64,000 nt of DNA, taken from NCBI GenBank assembly GCA_973895155.1, contig OZ316895.1, positions 14,612,548 to 14,676,547 on the forward strand, written 5' to 3'. Of the stretch, positions 50,716-63,884 are shown in pieces. The position numbers were made by a program, and so were the translations under genes. This DNA comes from Marsupella aquatica. Lineage: Eukaryota; Plantae; Marchantiophyta. Position 1 is the first letter of the stretch, and the number at the start of each line of letters is the position of its first letter. The notes under the pieces were generated by a model. That model was not told where the DNA came from and did no database searches. It was given only the letters and a program-made list of their open reading frames with translations.

Positions 50716-53207
50716 TAGAGGGCCTACGCTGTTTGATTTTAGGGACTCTAAACAAATTCCTGTTTCATTGTGACCCTCCAGCATATGCGGGTTTAATTTT
50801 TGGGCTTTACTACCCCAATAGGGCTTTAGTTCCTTTGTTGTTAATATGGGGGACTCTCAAGCCTTTAGGTCTTAAAGCTTTCTTCTGGGCCAGCCAGAGG
50901 TTTCCCTTGCTTTCTCCCTTTTATTGAGTCTCCTGCCTTTGAGATCCACTTCCTGGTTTGGCACTTTTGTTCATTTGAACTATGATCTATAAGAATAATT
51001 TTCTGAAAAAAGAATGGAGAATTCCATTGACTTTGTGGTGCATTTAATGCACTTTTCCATGATGATCGAGGACCCTTTCATTGGGTCTTGGTAAATTGCA
51101 CAGCAAAATGCTGCAATGGGGGTTAAGTGTAAAGAACACTAAATGATATAAAAGTAAAATCAGGTTTATCATCATATATATTACACTCACTGATATAAAA
51201 CAATAACTGGGTTTAAACAATAGTTGGGTTTATCATGATATGGAAAATCCATTTGACCTGTGTTGGAATGCTTGTCAAGTGGTTAGCACAATAAGCACAA
51301 TACACAGTATGCTGGTTTTTTATGTCCTCTGTTTTTTATGTCCAATTACAGTCAGGCCTTTTATTGTTTCATTTGACAATTATATGCAGCCCTCGTAACA
51401 CACTAAACCTATGGCATAAGGATCATGCCTATTTTCATATCTTTCCAAAAAAACGTTGATCGAAGTTGAAGCTTCGGCTAGTAGCGGACCAAAACCGACA
51501 TTTACAATGTCTTTTAATTAGTGGAGTTCAAAGAGTGTTGCTACATTTTCGTCTTCATGTAATGTTGAAGTTTAAAGACCATGGTTTTGTAATGTGTGTT
51601 CGTATGACCATCAAATTGTAAACTATGGTGCTTGAGAGTGGTCAAGACTCTTGTATTCGAAGTGGACTTCAATGTGCAATTCGGGCACATTTGAAGAAAG
51701 ACGGGAACAGAAAAGCTCGAATAGAGTACGTACCATGGCTGCTATTTTCGCGGGAAGGCCAGAAGGCAAACGATTTCACAAGTTAGTACGCACAAGGAGA
51801 AAGCCATGCAAATAAATCAAGATGTTCATTCTAGAGAAGCAAGGGATTGTCGAGCGGTAACTTTACAGAGTCTATACAAGTTAGCTGTCGATCAGCGATC
51901 ACAGCCTTCGGTAAACCTCGAAAAAGTCTCAAGGTAGCGAACAGTCATCCTATCCAATTCTACAAGTCCCCAACTCAAATCTGACATTACCGAAAGAGCA
52001 CAAGAGAAGAGAATTGTGCCAAATATTATGGGCGGTCCTTTAAATTTCCATTGGACAGTGAAGCGTGAAATGGATACTTACTGCAAATGGACAGGCAGTG
52101 GATGAACGGAGGGATTCGGCACCGTGGTTCAATTGTGGAGGGCCAAAAGTCATCTTGAATCAGAGGGCAATTTCAAATGATGCATCATAGGCCGGTCTGT
52201 GATGAATAAGCGATCTACATACTGAATATGAGCTATTGTAGCTTTTGAGAAAATTTTCCTTGAGGTTACTGGATGGGAATCCCTACCTGTTCCATTCCAC
52301 CCCAATCCAGTGCTCATCAATATACAAAGGCTACTAACTCGAAACAGGAAACAGTTTAGTATCTTATGTGCAAATTAAGAATAATGTACAAAGATTTTCT
52401 TCGAAAAGGAACCGCCCTTAAAATTGCAAAACTACTGCCCTCCTATCATCACCTCTTGTTGGGCACTCTATGTTTTTGGGGACTGAAAGACACTTGGTTT
52501 GCGGACTGGGGATGCCATGAAGTATAAGTTGACGAGACGAGCTAGATCGAACAGTGAGAACCTAAATCTAAGACGTATCAAATCCGTGTGGACGGTCATC
52601 CGTCAATCAGTCTCCATTCTAATTGGAAAGATTGGCAGGCTGGACCGCTCGACTCACATTCTGCCGGCACATCTGACCGCAATAACAGGTTAGGATTCCC
52701 TTCCGTGCAGTGGCTCTTGAGTCTTGTTAGCAAGCTCATTCACATTTCGTCTCCCTGGCTTCACATGCATCCGCCGATTGGAAGGTCGGCATTCTGAACC
52801 CTTTCCCTCCTCTGTCGATCTGTAACAAAATCCCACACCTCTTGCAATTCAGATACCTGTGGAGCCAAGGTTGAGACATATACGGATACTTTGTGGAACT
52901 AATTTTCATTTTAAATAGCATGCGTTGGCGTGGACCAAAGACCTGCCTGCCAAGCTGAATACAGCTCTCGTTGGATGTTGGCTGAACCGTCTGTATCTTC
53001 CGAAGGATGAAGAAAGAAAACCAAGGGAACTGAAGTCAAAAGGCGATTAGCTTTTGGTCGAGTATCTTAAAATCTAGCATTCATCTTTCTAAAGGTGTAG
53101 AGGAGCTTCGAGAGTTCAGACAGTTTTACAGAACCGAGTATTAACTAGTTAACGTAAGCCAAGCAGGCAAATTAAAGCTCTGAATTCATTACGGTTGATC
53201 CTCAAGG

Positions 53208-53926
53208 ATGCAGCATCCTCGGGGAGTCACAGTTCGTAGGCCATGTAAACACTCGAGTGGCAGAAAGCCTGTCCCACCGCAGGCAACTAAAGCACCTCAG
53301 AAATGGCCGACATTTCAAGTCGTTGCTCCTCCTCCTTGGATACCGGAAGGGTGGACAGCAGTCGTTCGAACGGGAGAAAGCGGAGGAAAACACAAGGTAA
53401 CTGGTCGACACGCACGTTGTTCGCCTCTTGAGATCCGTTGCACGGTGGTCGACGTCGTGGACATTGCCCCTCATTGATTTTAACACAACCTGCTCACCGA
53501 GGTAGGAACTCAATCATGATGTCTCATCGGTCGAGTCAAGGGAGAATTCTGAATAATCATGCTCAGTTTTCAGTGTATACGTCTCACGTACGTTCTTATT
53601 TTATTGAATCGAGATTGTCACTGACTTTCATTCGTCGACTTATTGAAACGCAGTATTACGTGGATCCGGTGTCCAAACGCCGTTATTGGTCGAAGACGGA
53701 AGTCACTTGGTTTCTAAAACTTGGACACCGCTACAGATATAAGCGGGCGTTTGATGCGCCCAAGCGAGCGCCCATTGGCAAGAGAGAGACTCATAAAGAG
53801 CAGCTGCAGAAGCTTGGTAGGGAGTTCTGCCTAGAAGCTGTCGAAGCCTTACGTAACGAGAACGTGGGAAGCAACACTCTGCAACAGATAAATATGGGGC
53901 TGCGTTCCTGCTCGCTCAAGAGCTGA
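53208..53926 (+). CDS. Methyl-CpG-binding-domain (MBD)-like protein, 153 aa, 2 exons
   Basis: Exons 53208-53396 and 53654-53926 (phase 0, GT-AG) give PPWIPEGWTAVVRTGESGGKHK|YYVDPVSKRRYWSKTEVTWFL, matching the plant MBD pattern WLPxGW...DKYYxxPxxGxxFRSxxEVxxYL. Confidence 0.8.
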
Positions 53927-56834
53927 ACGGCGGCTCGAACACTCGGTTCAACAGCAAGCTCAACCCTCCACGCACTAGTTCCCAATGGTCAATGAGATAT
54001 TATTTATCGACATTTCAAAAATGACAGAGAGGTCATGAATAACAGATGAAGTGAGGTCATGAATAACAGATGAAGTCATCTTCGTGCATACCCGGGACCT
54101 TCGGTCATAGACTACAGGCGCTGTGTACAGCAATTTTTCCAGCCACTTTGTGTTCTGTTACAAAACTATGAGCACTCAAGGGGGCATAGGGCCCTTGCTA
54201 TGATAGTAAGACTCAGGTTGATCGAGAAGGTCCTTGGTTTTTGAGAGGATGTGCACCGAAATTCAATGGAGTCGATACACATCTAATTCTCCGAGATAGT
54301 CTTCCGGACTAAGGCAGTAGAGTTGGCAACTGTAGTCTGCGACGATATATTGTCTTAGTTTGTGTTCAATTGATTGAATTTACTTAATAAACGATCCAGT
54401 TAGTGCATTTTGCAACATTTGCACCATCTTTAGGTCTTCCGAGTGGGATGTAAATGACATACTGTCGCTGAAACTTCGACTACATTACCAAATGGTGTCG
54501 AGCTAGCTGTTATGGAATGCTGATTCATCGCCTTTTCTCCGTCCTCTCCAAACACGGACAATGTCCGAATTAAAAGCCAAACAGCTACGTCATTCCGGTT
54601 AGGTTAATTTCTTGGCCCGAGAATGCATCTTAAAGTTCAACGAGTTTAAATGATGACTCCACCTACTTCTATCACGATGCAACCATTGATCACCAAGTTC
54701 AAGAAGTACCACTTGTTTGATTTCACCCATTCAGTTGGCTAAAGTGGCCTTGAAGAATCTGTCCAGACGCAACATGTTATGGCCTTCCCAAATATTACTG
54801 GAAGGGATCTCGGGGCGTCATATCCGACTGCTCATCTACGCAGAAAACTGGGAGCCAATGCCGTGTATTGTTTAGCTTAAATGTCAGCAAAGAAAACTAA
54901 GAAAGAACAAAAATAATCCAAAAATAGGATAGCAATCAGACTGCACTGTTCATTGGCTTGTATACTAAGTACTCCTGAAATTGCATGCACACGGTCTGAA
55001 ATTTGGTACATCTCTACAATTAGGATACGATCTCCATTCGCATCATCTCTTTGTCTACTGTAGGGGAAGTTGAAGAATGCAAAAAGCTTCTTTGGATTTT
55101 TGCTGGGCAAATAGCCATTCGTTTTTTATTTTACTTGAACATTCCACATGGGGGACAGAAAAAGGTCCGTAACCAGTAACTTGTTTTAAAGACAGTTTCT
55201 TGCAAAAATAGTAAAGAATATTTTCGCTCTATTCTGAAGACAACGGCACTCTCGAGGTTTATTTCCATAGTTGAGCTGGGGTTAACACTGGTAGATTGGG
55301 TTTTGCAGGGATGGATAGAATTAATTGCACTGATTCTTCGCAGCGAATTGGATCATTGTGCTTGGGTTAGCTGTTTCAAATTTGGCCCAAATAGTACAGT
55401 TGAGGGTTAGGGAGACTCTTCATTGGCATAGAAACTAAAACATGAATGAATCCTCTGGCCAGGCTGACAGACAATGTTCGTTGGCAGTGTTGCACTGTAA
55501 TCAAGCTTGCAACTACTGAACTCAAAATCCATCGCTACAATCACAAGCATTGGAGTGTTGAATACCATTCCTAACTTGGCAGCATATGTCACTGTGCAAA
55601 TAGAGTGCCTATGTTCAAATACTATGCCCATCTTTTAATAGAACACCCCTTTCTGAACACAGCCAAGCACCAGGTCTGGGCGCTAAATTCAAATTTCACT
55701 GCGACCTTACAAATTATAGAAATTCTGGTTCTATAATCAGCCGCATTGAGCTAGAAGAGAACCTGGGACAATAGTGAGAGTAGAAGACTTGGTCGGCATT
55801 GTTCACGGTAAGGGAGCCAGATTCGTGTTGCAATTTTGGACATGAATGCTTAGATTCAGTTTCATATTGAATTTTCACTTAAGAGAATTTGATGTCCTCT
55901 ACTAATCTAACCCAAGAACTTTGCTGAGAGATTAAGTTAGGAAATAACACCCGCACAAGAAATTAAAAGCCTGAAAATAGGTCAAGGCGTCCCTGTAGGA
56001 ACAATCTAGATCTGCAACTCAACAGAGATGAAAGAGATGTGTCTTCATCTTGGTGGGAGTTAGAATCTGCTGGGCAGTTGAGTCACTGAAAGGGAAAAAA
56101 CACAAGCACCAAGCGTGGAAGAGCCTCCTCCATTTTCGAACATTTTAGCTGTGTCAGACAATGGAATTAGCAGACATGATCCCACGTCACGAAACAGACA
56201 AACGTGCAGGTGTATCTGAAAAACCTTTCCCTCTCAACCAGGAAGAGGATGAAAATTTCAGTAGCTCCCTGGTTTTCCTTCTCCGTTTCAGTAGACTTCG
56301 CCATCTGAAAGAAGTACTTGTTCAAGGATGTGAACTCATTAAAGAATGGCGCACCAAGCAATCACCAGCTCACCTACACCAGTAGGACAAGAGTCTATTT
56401 GCTCCCCAAGAGAAACGATCCCAATATGTACAAGTCCGGTTGTTCTTTACAATCAACTCAACTCCGTGCACGCTCTGTCTCTGCCTTACGAATTCCAAAT
56501 GGGAGAATGTAGACGCCCAGGTCTCACAATTCAGTCTCAAGAGTCTTCACGAATACTTGTCTGCCGGGGAAAGGCTGTTAAAGATCATAAGTGTCTGAAC
56601 AATTCCACGAGCAATAGATAAGCCGAGATAAGACAGCCTCTCAGAAGTTGTTGAACGGATGATTCACTTGGTGAATAGTTCTCATTGAAATATGTGCATC
56701 TCACGGTGGCAGGACTCTTCTACTGCCAACTTTGGAGAAGTTGCCATTCTTCTCAACGATGTTCTTAAGTGTCAAAAAGCTGTGTGATTTGCACCACACA
56801 TACCAGCACCTCTTGGACAACCACGCTAACCATC

Positions 56835-57665
56835 TCAACGCCGTTGATTTATTCTCCATGAGGTTTCAGGCGTCCCAAGTTTCGAGGAAGCGTATCTGGC
56901 AGCTGTGAACAAATAATCACTCAAACGATTCAAGTACCGAACTACTGATTCATCCACCACCTGCTCTTCGACGAGAGTGGTCATTTTCCTTTCTGCACGC
57001 CGACAGATGGATCTCGCCACATGCAAAGATGAAGCAGGCAAACCACCAGACGGAAGGATGAAGCCCGTCTGGTGAGGCACCTCCTCGTCCATCTTAGCCC
57101 TCCAACTCTCGAGCACTTCAACTGTTGCCACATTGAATTTCACCCTCGGAACCTTCTTTGAAGAATTTGAAAATGGGTTGCTCAGAGGAACAGCAACAGC
57201 TGACCCAATGTCCAGCAGTCTCGACTGAATCTCCTCAATCTGCTGCAAAGTCGATGTCAGCTGAGCTTGAGAGCAATATGCATGTGCTAACCCTAATGTA
57301 CTGCTCAGCTCATCGACAGCTCCCAGAGCTTCAAAGGTCGAACTTGATGACGACACTGAAGAATCTGGAGAAAAGAATCGAGTCCCAGGTGGGATACCCT
57401 TCACGGAGAGAGACTGGGTCGTCGTAAGAAGCCCTTGCTTTCCATACCGTGGTGTTCGAATTGCATCCCAGCGCAAAAGATGTTCCTCCAGTGGGCTTCT
57501 CGGCACGATGAGAGCATTGTGTGAGGAGGTTGTTCCATTCGATCTACTGGAAAGCAGCCTCTGATGCAACTGAGGAGGAAGGGAATCCAGCCACGAGACT
57601 GCAACACGGCACTTCAGGGTCTCCCTGTGGATCGATCGCAGACAGTTCTGCATCGAAGTGGCCAT
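56835..57665 (-). CDS. MMAB: PduO-type ATP:cob(I)alamin adenosyltransferase homologue (MMAB/CblB), intronless, 276 aa
   Basis: Family motifs FEALGAVDELSSTLG, IQSRLLDIGS, FILPSGG, LHVARSICRRAER and YLNRLSDYLFTAAR; the Arg/Ser/Leu-rich N-terminus resembles a mitochondrial presequence. Confidence 0.92.
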   Translation of the reverse strand: MATSMQNCLRSIHRETLKCRVAVSWLDSLPPQLHQRLLSSRSNGTTSSHNALIVPRSPLEEHLLRWDAIRTPRYGKQGLLTTTQSLSVKGIPPGTRFFSPDSSVSSSSSTFEALGAVDELSSTLGLAHAYCSQAQLTSTLQQIEEIQSRLLDIGSAVAVPLSNPFSNSSKKVPRVKFNVATVEVLESWRAKMDEEVPHQTGFILPSGGLPASSLHVARSICRRAERKMTTLVEEQVVDESVVRYLNRLSDYLFTAARYASSKLGTPETSWRINQRR

Positions 57666-57988
57666 GATTGGAGACTACGCATCGACAGGTCTACCACAAT
57701 CCATTGCTCTGCGTACTTGGGCACAACCTCTACAAAACTCTTCTGTACAAAAGTAAGACGTCCTCAATATTTTGATCAAATCTGATGGCAATGTCGCTGG
57801 TGATGAATGTCTGGCAACAAGGGTCTCAAATCTCAAACCTTGAGGTACTATTGCTACATACTCCATACGCCCTTAAAGCAAGTTTTGTTAGTGTAACTGG
57901 GTGTTATCCAAACCCACGAAAGAAAATCTAAAAAGTATGGTCCAACTCACTCACTCCAAAGGCCATCTTGCATGTGAGAGGTCCTTAA

Positions 57989-58263
57989 TAGGCATTTTCA
58001 TTCAGTCTTGTCATCGTATCATTGAGCGAGTGCTTCATGCTTAACCCATCTCCCTAGGCACTTTCATTCAGTCTTGTCATCTTATCATTGAGCGCGTGCT
58101 TCATGCTTAACCCATCTCCCTACCCTAGGCACTTTCATTCAGTCTTGTCATCTTATCATTGAGCCAGTGCTTCATGCTTAACCCATCTCCCTAGGCACTT
58201 TCATTCAGTCTTGTCATCTTATCATTGAGCGAGTGCTTCATGCCTAACCCATCTCCCTAGGCA
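57989..58263. repeat. Minisatellite, 4 x 66 bp
   Basis: Unit taggcactttcattcagtcttgtcatcttatcattgagcgagtgcttcatgcttaacccatctccc, starting at 57989, 58055, 58126 and 58192. Confidence 0.95.
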
Positions 58264-60699
58264 GGCCTGAGAGCAGCATTTGAGCAAATCTAAGGGCAAG
58301 GGCCACAACTACTCCAGCGCTCTTGAGTCAAATGATAGGCAATGTGATGAGCTCCACTCTTGAGTCAAATGCTTTGAGTACGCCCTTATTGAGCAGCAGT
58401 AGGGCACTCTCCCCAATATTTCCTCTGTTTTCTATTTTTGCATCATTTCCATCAGTCAAAGATGACTCAGATGGTGAGTGAGAATGGAGAAGGGCGAGGA
58501 ATATGCTCTCCAGAACCCAGAAAAATTACACAGGAAAACAAGAAACGGGGTTTTGTGCCCTTCCCAGTTCTTCCCTTCCTATGTTCAAAAGCATTTATTG
58601 GAAGCAACCTAATCGCCTACAGTTGGGTCACAATCAGGTGGATAGGACTAAACCACATGTGCAACTCAAGAAGCATCCATTATAATTATGTTGTTTGACA
58701 TAAAATAAAAGCATAGTTTAATGAAAATTGTGTCTCATTTGAAGCTTCGTAAGCCCTCCCGTGAGAACTTTCTCCCCACAAGCACCACCTCAACTACTCA
58801 ACATTCCTTCCACTTGTAGAAGCACCAATATACATAACACCACTAGTGGCATTCAGTTTATACCCCTAGCCGCATTCATTTTTAGTAAAAGAATGAAAAA
58901 TAATCAAAGGAGTTGTAAGCTTGAATAAGATGCAAATAAGATGCATCTCAAAAACTTTACTTCAATAAGACACCTAATTGGAAGGTGAAGCCATGGAGGA
59001 TGTCACCCAATTGGATACCCAACCCAGCCAAACCGTTCCCAAGTAAACTGGTAGTATTCTACACAATTCTGTTACACAACCCACAAGGATTGATGCTTGT
59101 AAAGTGGATTTGCACATTTGAGCCTTTAGTGTAAGCTGAGCCCCACAGATATATTTGGACTATGGCTGAACCGAAACAAAGACCGTCAGAACCCCATTTC
59201 ATAAAAACTAAGTTTGGGCGTGGAGATGAGCTGTTAACTCCAATGCCGGCTGGGATTAAAATACTTATTTGTGTCGTTGCCAAATACCAGAATTAACTTA
59301 GGGAACTTACCTACTTCCCTCAGGTTCTGAGTGATTATCACTGAGGGGGTGCGCTTTGCCAAAATCCCCGACTTCCCTACTTTCCTCTGCCTCTGAGTAA
59401 TTGTCACTACGGACCTATTGCAGATAATTAAAACTCGAAAGGCAGTAAACATGGATTGTGGACTCTCCAATTGATGGGCTCAAGTGCGCCAGCAAATTTG
59501 CTTCCGCCTGCTAACCATTGCAAGAGGTACAGAAAACTTCCAGCGTCTCTTCCTCTTTCGAGGAGAAAACTCAAAGATGGCTGTTAACCGGTACAGGGAT
59601 AAGTGGTCTCGAGAAATTTCCCCAAAACTCTTACTGATTTGAGTAGAAAACTCGAACGGCGTTGGAAGTAGTATTGTGATAATATCATTGGCTAGTGAAG
59701 TGAATGTCACGACTTTTATCGAAAAACAATCGAGTTGTACAAGCGAATTTGTGCTGGTTTAGTTTTCCTGAGTTGAGTTCACCGTTCCCTAATATCCAAG
59801 AAGGTAGAGGCCCCACAATAGAATGAGAAGGGGCCAGATTTCAAAAGACACATTTGCAGTGCCACACACCCGACATCTTGGATTAACAGACAAAATTTGG
59901 TAAGCTTCCCCTGGGTATGGGCGACAGTGTTGGCGTGAGTCCAAGACCCAGACGAAACTAGAAAACGCGTTGCTCCTGAGTTGGACAAAGGTAAGTGAAA
60001 GATTTCCCAAATCCAGAGTAACGCAGCTGTCACGACCTTGCTTACCCGACTACTCAACGGTCAATATACTCCTTCCACTTGGACGAATTCGAGTGCTATA
60101 CCGGTCCTTAGGGCAGGACAGTCCTGGACCCGACACCGAGCCTACTAACTATAGGAAAGCTTCAAGAAGTTCTGATAATACTTGGGCCAGTATTGATGTA
60201 ACTGAAGATCAATCGTCAGCATCGGCAGAGCTTTGCAGCACACTACCCCATAAAAGTGGAAAACAAACACAGAAGACTCAACTACTGGGGTTGTTCACAG
60301 CCGGAAATCCATTTTCAATATATAATCTGTTGGTACTGGACAAATGGAGGGGTTCGATAAACTTTTAGGAGACAGGATGTTGCGGATAGGTCCAGACTCC
60401 CGAGGGATAAAACCGAATAACAGAGCGGTAATAGAAGCACGGTAATGGAACCTTCCATCCATGCTTGCAGAGAACCCCAAGCCCGACCGACCGACTGTCA
60501 CTGCAACGTTGGTAGAGGACCACTCGTGTTATTGTCGGAGCGTCCTGCACGGAACTTCTCGGGCTTTGGGATGCATACGGATCGATTTTTCTTCGTTTCC
60601 AATGAAACTAACAGCTGTCCTGGCAGCCGCGAAATGTGAATCTACGTACACGTCGTATCTCCCCCACGTGGTTGGATACGCTCATTGAACGTGCGAAAT

Positions 60700-61895
60700 T
60701 TATGAGACTTGACCTCAGCCCCAGGACGTACAACTGTGACCGCTAATAAATGCGACCCTGTGAATCTCATACCTTTGAAGAGGACGTCGCTAATGCTGGA
60801 ATACCGTACCCTCACTCATATGAAAAACCCTCTTAGGTCAGTCCGCCCGGCAAACATTCAAAAAACGTGGTTCTCTCCGTCAATATTCCTAAAGTAAAAC
60901 AGTCCAAGAACAGTTCCCGCCACTTGCAACCTGTTGCGTAATCGGACAGGCATCCAGAACTTCCGTTCTCAGATCTCGATTCCGTCTACACATCCAGAGA
61001 CGTTCCCACATCAGCGCATACAAAAATCCCGCCAGAATCGCTTCACACCCTTTTGCTCAGAGAAGGAACCCACCGGCCTGTAAAGAGAATTGTGATTAGG
61101 GTACATTCCAGTTAAACCAGCCAAAACATATCAAAACTCCTCGTCAAAACCGTATAGATGCAATTTCGCCTTCTTGACTGCGATAAGCCACTAAGGGAAA
61201 TAACCCCAACAGATAACACCGACACACTTGTTCGGATTACATCGATTCCCGGTCCACGTACAAATGACAATCCCAACGAATGGGTGGTCCAAGTATGCGA
61301 CCAAATTGTAGCACCCATAAAGTAATCTCCTCTCCATCTGATCCATCTTTCCCGTCGGTATCTTCCCCAAGCTGCCAATATCCGTCGGTAAACAGCTTGT
61401 GTTATACTCTAAGAGTCTCGACATAATTTACAGAATATTCACGTTCCACAGAATCTTCCCACTTTCCACGCATCTAAGTCTCGGATTGCGTATCCAGCCA
61501 AAGATTTAAGCGAGTACTCCCAGCTCTCTGTGAACTAGATCACACCCCAAGTACTAGGTCAGCACACGGTACGTGCACTGTGAAAATCTGCCCATCCACA
61601 CCGGTATTTTGCCTCCGGATGTGCATATGATTGCACATTTTCAACATGGCTTCGGACAACAACAAAGAGGGCCATTACAGGGAATCCAAAGGAGAAAAGT
61701 GGGCAACACGAGAAGCAATCCAATTCACACAAAATAATTCCAGAAGTCATAACAGGGAAAAAGCTCGCGGTACAATCAGTCACCTGGACCAAAGGCTAGT
61801 GAAGATAGACATGGACGATCGAGTTACCAGGTTTAAAAATTTGTGTCGAAACACTTCACTAGAAATCCCATCCCAAACATTCCACTCACCATCCC
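60700..61895 (-). pseudogene. Possible highly decayed F-box gene
   Basis: VWDGISSEVFRHKFLNLVTRSSMSIFTSLWSR* loosely fits F-box spacing (W..LP.E....IL..L...S...F..V.K.W); downstream frames contain many stops. Extent uncertain. Confidence 0.2.
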
Positions 61896-62993
61896 CAATC
61901 AACGAAGCAGGAAAGGATAAAACACACATCTCTGTCCACTGCGCTTTAAGGAAGGTGTGATAAAACACTAGACAGTATGCACTTTCCAACTTGATTGAAG
62001 AACCGATCTTCGCCGACATCAAAATCAATGATTGCAGAAAAGCAAATATAAAAACAAGACGAACAAAAAATCGATAAGATTGTTCACCACAAAAGATAGA
62101 AGTTGGCATTAGAAAGTCGGCAAATACGTAACCTTGAAACTACAAAATAACCTAGGTCCAAAATAAAAATGAGGACCTCAACCGCACTCCCACTGAAAGA
62201 TCAAACCTTAAATAGCCCCAAATCCCAAACGACCGCTCGGAACCCACCATAACAGTCGTCATAATTGATAACAGACAGGCATGTTTCCTTCCATACACCG
62301 TTTCAAATGCTGGCCGTTGCTCACAGGAAGCGTGGGAGGGACCATTAACAAGAACGTCCAATGCCATTGCCCACACGAGACATTGCTTGCGAAAGCCAAG
62401 GCAGATAAGCCAGGCTGCCTACAGTGATGCCGCAGAGTCATGAACCACCACGATAATGTGTAGGCATTGAACATTCTTCAGGTGTTCGTTATTGCATTTT
62501 TATCCGACGGCTGACTGCACATACCCAAAACACAGTCGCGACTGTATTACAAACTGTCCCTTGCCAATGACAAGTGCATCAAGACACAAATATACAAATT
62601 TCAGCCCAGAGATTCACTCGAAAAATACTGAATGAATCTCAAATCCTAGAGTCACGATAGCAAGTTATGACTAAATTAGACTTCAAGATGCAAGTCAAAC
62701 TAGTGAGCCACCATTCGAACCTAAGGCAAACCACTTTGGACTTTTCAGTTCCGAGACCAACTACCTCTCTACAAACTCCTGATTTCACCCTAGCGACATC
62801 AGCTTAGTGATTAAGGTGTAAGACTACGTGGAGCATATCAAATCTAATCTTGGACGGCTACACAAGCCAACCTTGATAACCTACAAGTTTGCCCCTAAAA
62901 GCCTCGCAAGTGACAACACATCATGACAGACGTGCTCGACTGAGCAAAAAAGCCACTATCTACTTGAATGAACGTTCAGTTCCCTGAAATGAC

Positions 62994-63884
62994 TCAGGAA
63001 ACGCTCTCTACCTCTGCCTCATCTGCCCTCATCGCATCGTCTCCTTTAGTCTGGTCTTCGCCTGTTTCCAAACAAACAAAATAAGTCAAGCACTCGGCTC
63101 TAACTCAACACGAATTCCAAGAGTGTTCAAACAAGTATACGCAATGAGAAACGACAGATATCAAGAGCAGAAACAACATCCTGCAAAGAATCTACTGCCG
63201 GAAGAAATATCCACAATCTCAAAACAAGCAACCTACGGACATTAAGAATGCAACAATAGAAGCTGATGCATACCGGCATCCTCCTGGAGATCGGAAGTCC
63301 ACAAAGTGAGATTGTCCCTCAGAAGCTGCATGATCAAGGTACTGTCCTTGTACGATTCTTCACTCAATGTATCGAGTTCCGCAATGGCCTCATCAAATGC
63401 TTGCTTGGCCAAGTGACAAGCCCTACAGATAAAGAACACATGAAATGTTACGGAGCTGCGGGCCTAACACGAGGGACGACATAACTCAAGATTAACAGAC
63501 GAAATCAATACATTCAGTACTCAAATCCAAGAGTACTCACCGCTCAGGTGAGTTCAGAATTTCGTAATAGAATACTGAGAAATTCAATGCCAGGCCGAGT
63601 CTGATGGGATGAGTTGGCGCCAAATCGGTAACGGCAGTGTTCGATGCGGCCTGACTCATGCGTAGGAGGAAATCGAAGTGAGATTTCAAGATGATAATTT
63701 CCTGTCATGGCTCCGTACCAATCATTGCATCACTTCTAGCTATGCCAACACCCGAAACGAATTAATCGGCGAATTCCTGACTCAAGAAAATGATACCTGG
63801 TAGGCTTTCAACGACTGATCTGCGGCATCCTTTCTCTCGTTTCCTGTCTTGAACTCTGCCAAGTACCGAAAGTAATCTCCCTTC
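62994..63884 (-). CDS. 14-3-3 protein (epsilon group), 3' part; 5' exons lie beyond the window
   Basis: Exons 63884-63797, 63650-63541, 63422-63274 and 63061-62994: [64 protein letters not shown]. The intron-rich layout is typical of epsilon isoforms; the extreme C-terminus is uncertain. Confidence 0.97.

Noticed and set aside
58291-58388. Possible Tourist/Harbinger MITE (taaGGGC...GCCCtta)
   Set aside because: The flanks TAA and TTA are not a direct duplication and the inverted repeat is only a few bases.
62984-63011. Possible final 14-3-3 intron (GTAGAG...TTTCAG)
   Set aside because: Only 28 nt, too short for a normal plant intron; read-through to the TGA at 62994-62996 was kept.
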